Both the position numbers and the translations under genes were made by a program. The notes under the pieces are model-generated. The model searched no databases, was not told the origin of the DNA, and saw only the letters and a list, made by a program, of their open reading frames with translations. A stretch of 64,000 bases of DNA from Vicugna vicugna (Eukaryota), in NCBI GenBank assembly GCA_013265495.1, contig MU057880.1, positions 650,527-714,526 of the forward strand, written 5' to 3'. Shown here piece by piece: positions 63,198 to 64,000 of the stretch (positions within the stretch are counted from its first letter, which is position 1; every line of letters begins with the position of its first letter).

Positions 63198-64000
63198 TGT
63201 TCATAGCCATTTTAAATAACACTTTCAAATGTTACATTCAAGTTTAATAAAAAGATTAAGTTTAAAAATCCTAATAAAATATATAAGAAGGGAAGTTATT
63301 TTCCCATTGAAGTTTTGCTGAATGGTCTAAAAAGTGAATTTTTTCAAAGAAGTAGATTTTTTTTTTTTCTTGAGACTAAATGCCCATACTCTAAACCAGC
63401 ATATAATCTATTTCAAGTGGAAGGTAACAGCTATTTTTAGATGGTTTGTGGCTCTTTGAGGGTCACTCTCCACACATTTCAGTGATCATTCTACATCACA
63501 ACTGATGATTGGCAAACACTGAGAAGTTATATCTAGTCTTTCAACATCAAAGGTCAGACACTGTGACCAAACCTGGGTTGTAGAGCTGCTGTAATTATGC
63601 CCAGTTTCAGGAAGCTGGATGAAAACGTATCAGTCAGCTTCAGACCTTGGTTCTAAAGTTCCCAGGAGAAACTTTAGAAGAATCTGTGGAAGTACATATA
63701 CCATTCTAGACGACATTTAATTGCTTTTCCCCCTAATAAGTGTAAATATTTATATTCCATTATGAAAATACACTTCCTTGGAAAGGTAAGGAGTGTTGGC
63801 TCCTGGCTGTGCTCTGGGGAGACATTCACCCTCTGCTGCTCTCCAGGTAACTCCCTGCTTCCAGGGTTTTCAAAGGGAGCTGGGAGTTTCTCAGGAAAAG
63901 AGCTCAAAGCAAGTCAGGTGAACTGGATAAGGAATATGAAAAAGGGAGCTGGCTGGAGAGAGGATGTGGATAGAGAAAACTCCGCAGGTGGATTTTTCCA

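Noticed and set aside
1..64000. CRISPR arrays, prokaryotic operons, intact ERV genes, processed pseudogenes, rRNA/snRNA genes
   Set aside because: None recognised by eye. A highly decayed retrocopy or small RNA could be missed without BLAST or Infernal.

Overview
This is mammalian genomic DNA, probably from a camelid. That assignment is inferred from about 15 copies of a tRNA-Ala(AGC)-derived SINE of the Vic-1 type. The only recognisable protein-coding sequence is the first coding exon of the long RAPGEF2 (PDZ-GEF1) isoform: minus strand, 20507-20439, MASYVDNSFRQAVMKNPAESTPQ, phase-0 donor, inside a CpG island with a 32-N gap. Bases 1-20438 are therefore RAPGEF2 intron 1, and I did not find exon 2 in the window. 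The best non-obvious signal is a candidate internal TATA/Inr promoter at about 11.57 kb. It would drive an alternative ~970-nt first exon ending in ATG CCA AGA ATT GAG|GTAAAG (MPRIE, also phase 0), which could replace exon 1. The upstream 21.6-64 kb is intergenic and repeat-rich (L1, L2, MIR, MaLR/ERVL LTRs, MER58, SINEs). It holds two further CpG-rich patches with plus-strand splice donors at about 49.3-50.0 kb and 60.6-61.2 kb. The second looks like a germ-cell promoter, possibly of the divergent neighbour SPMIP2/C4orf45 (synteny recalled, not checked). Nearly all ORFs in the track are spurious or L1-derived. I see no evidence of a wholly new biological system. Repeat family names come from visual recognition and repeat boundaries are approximate.
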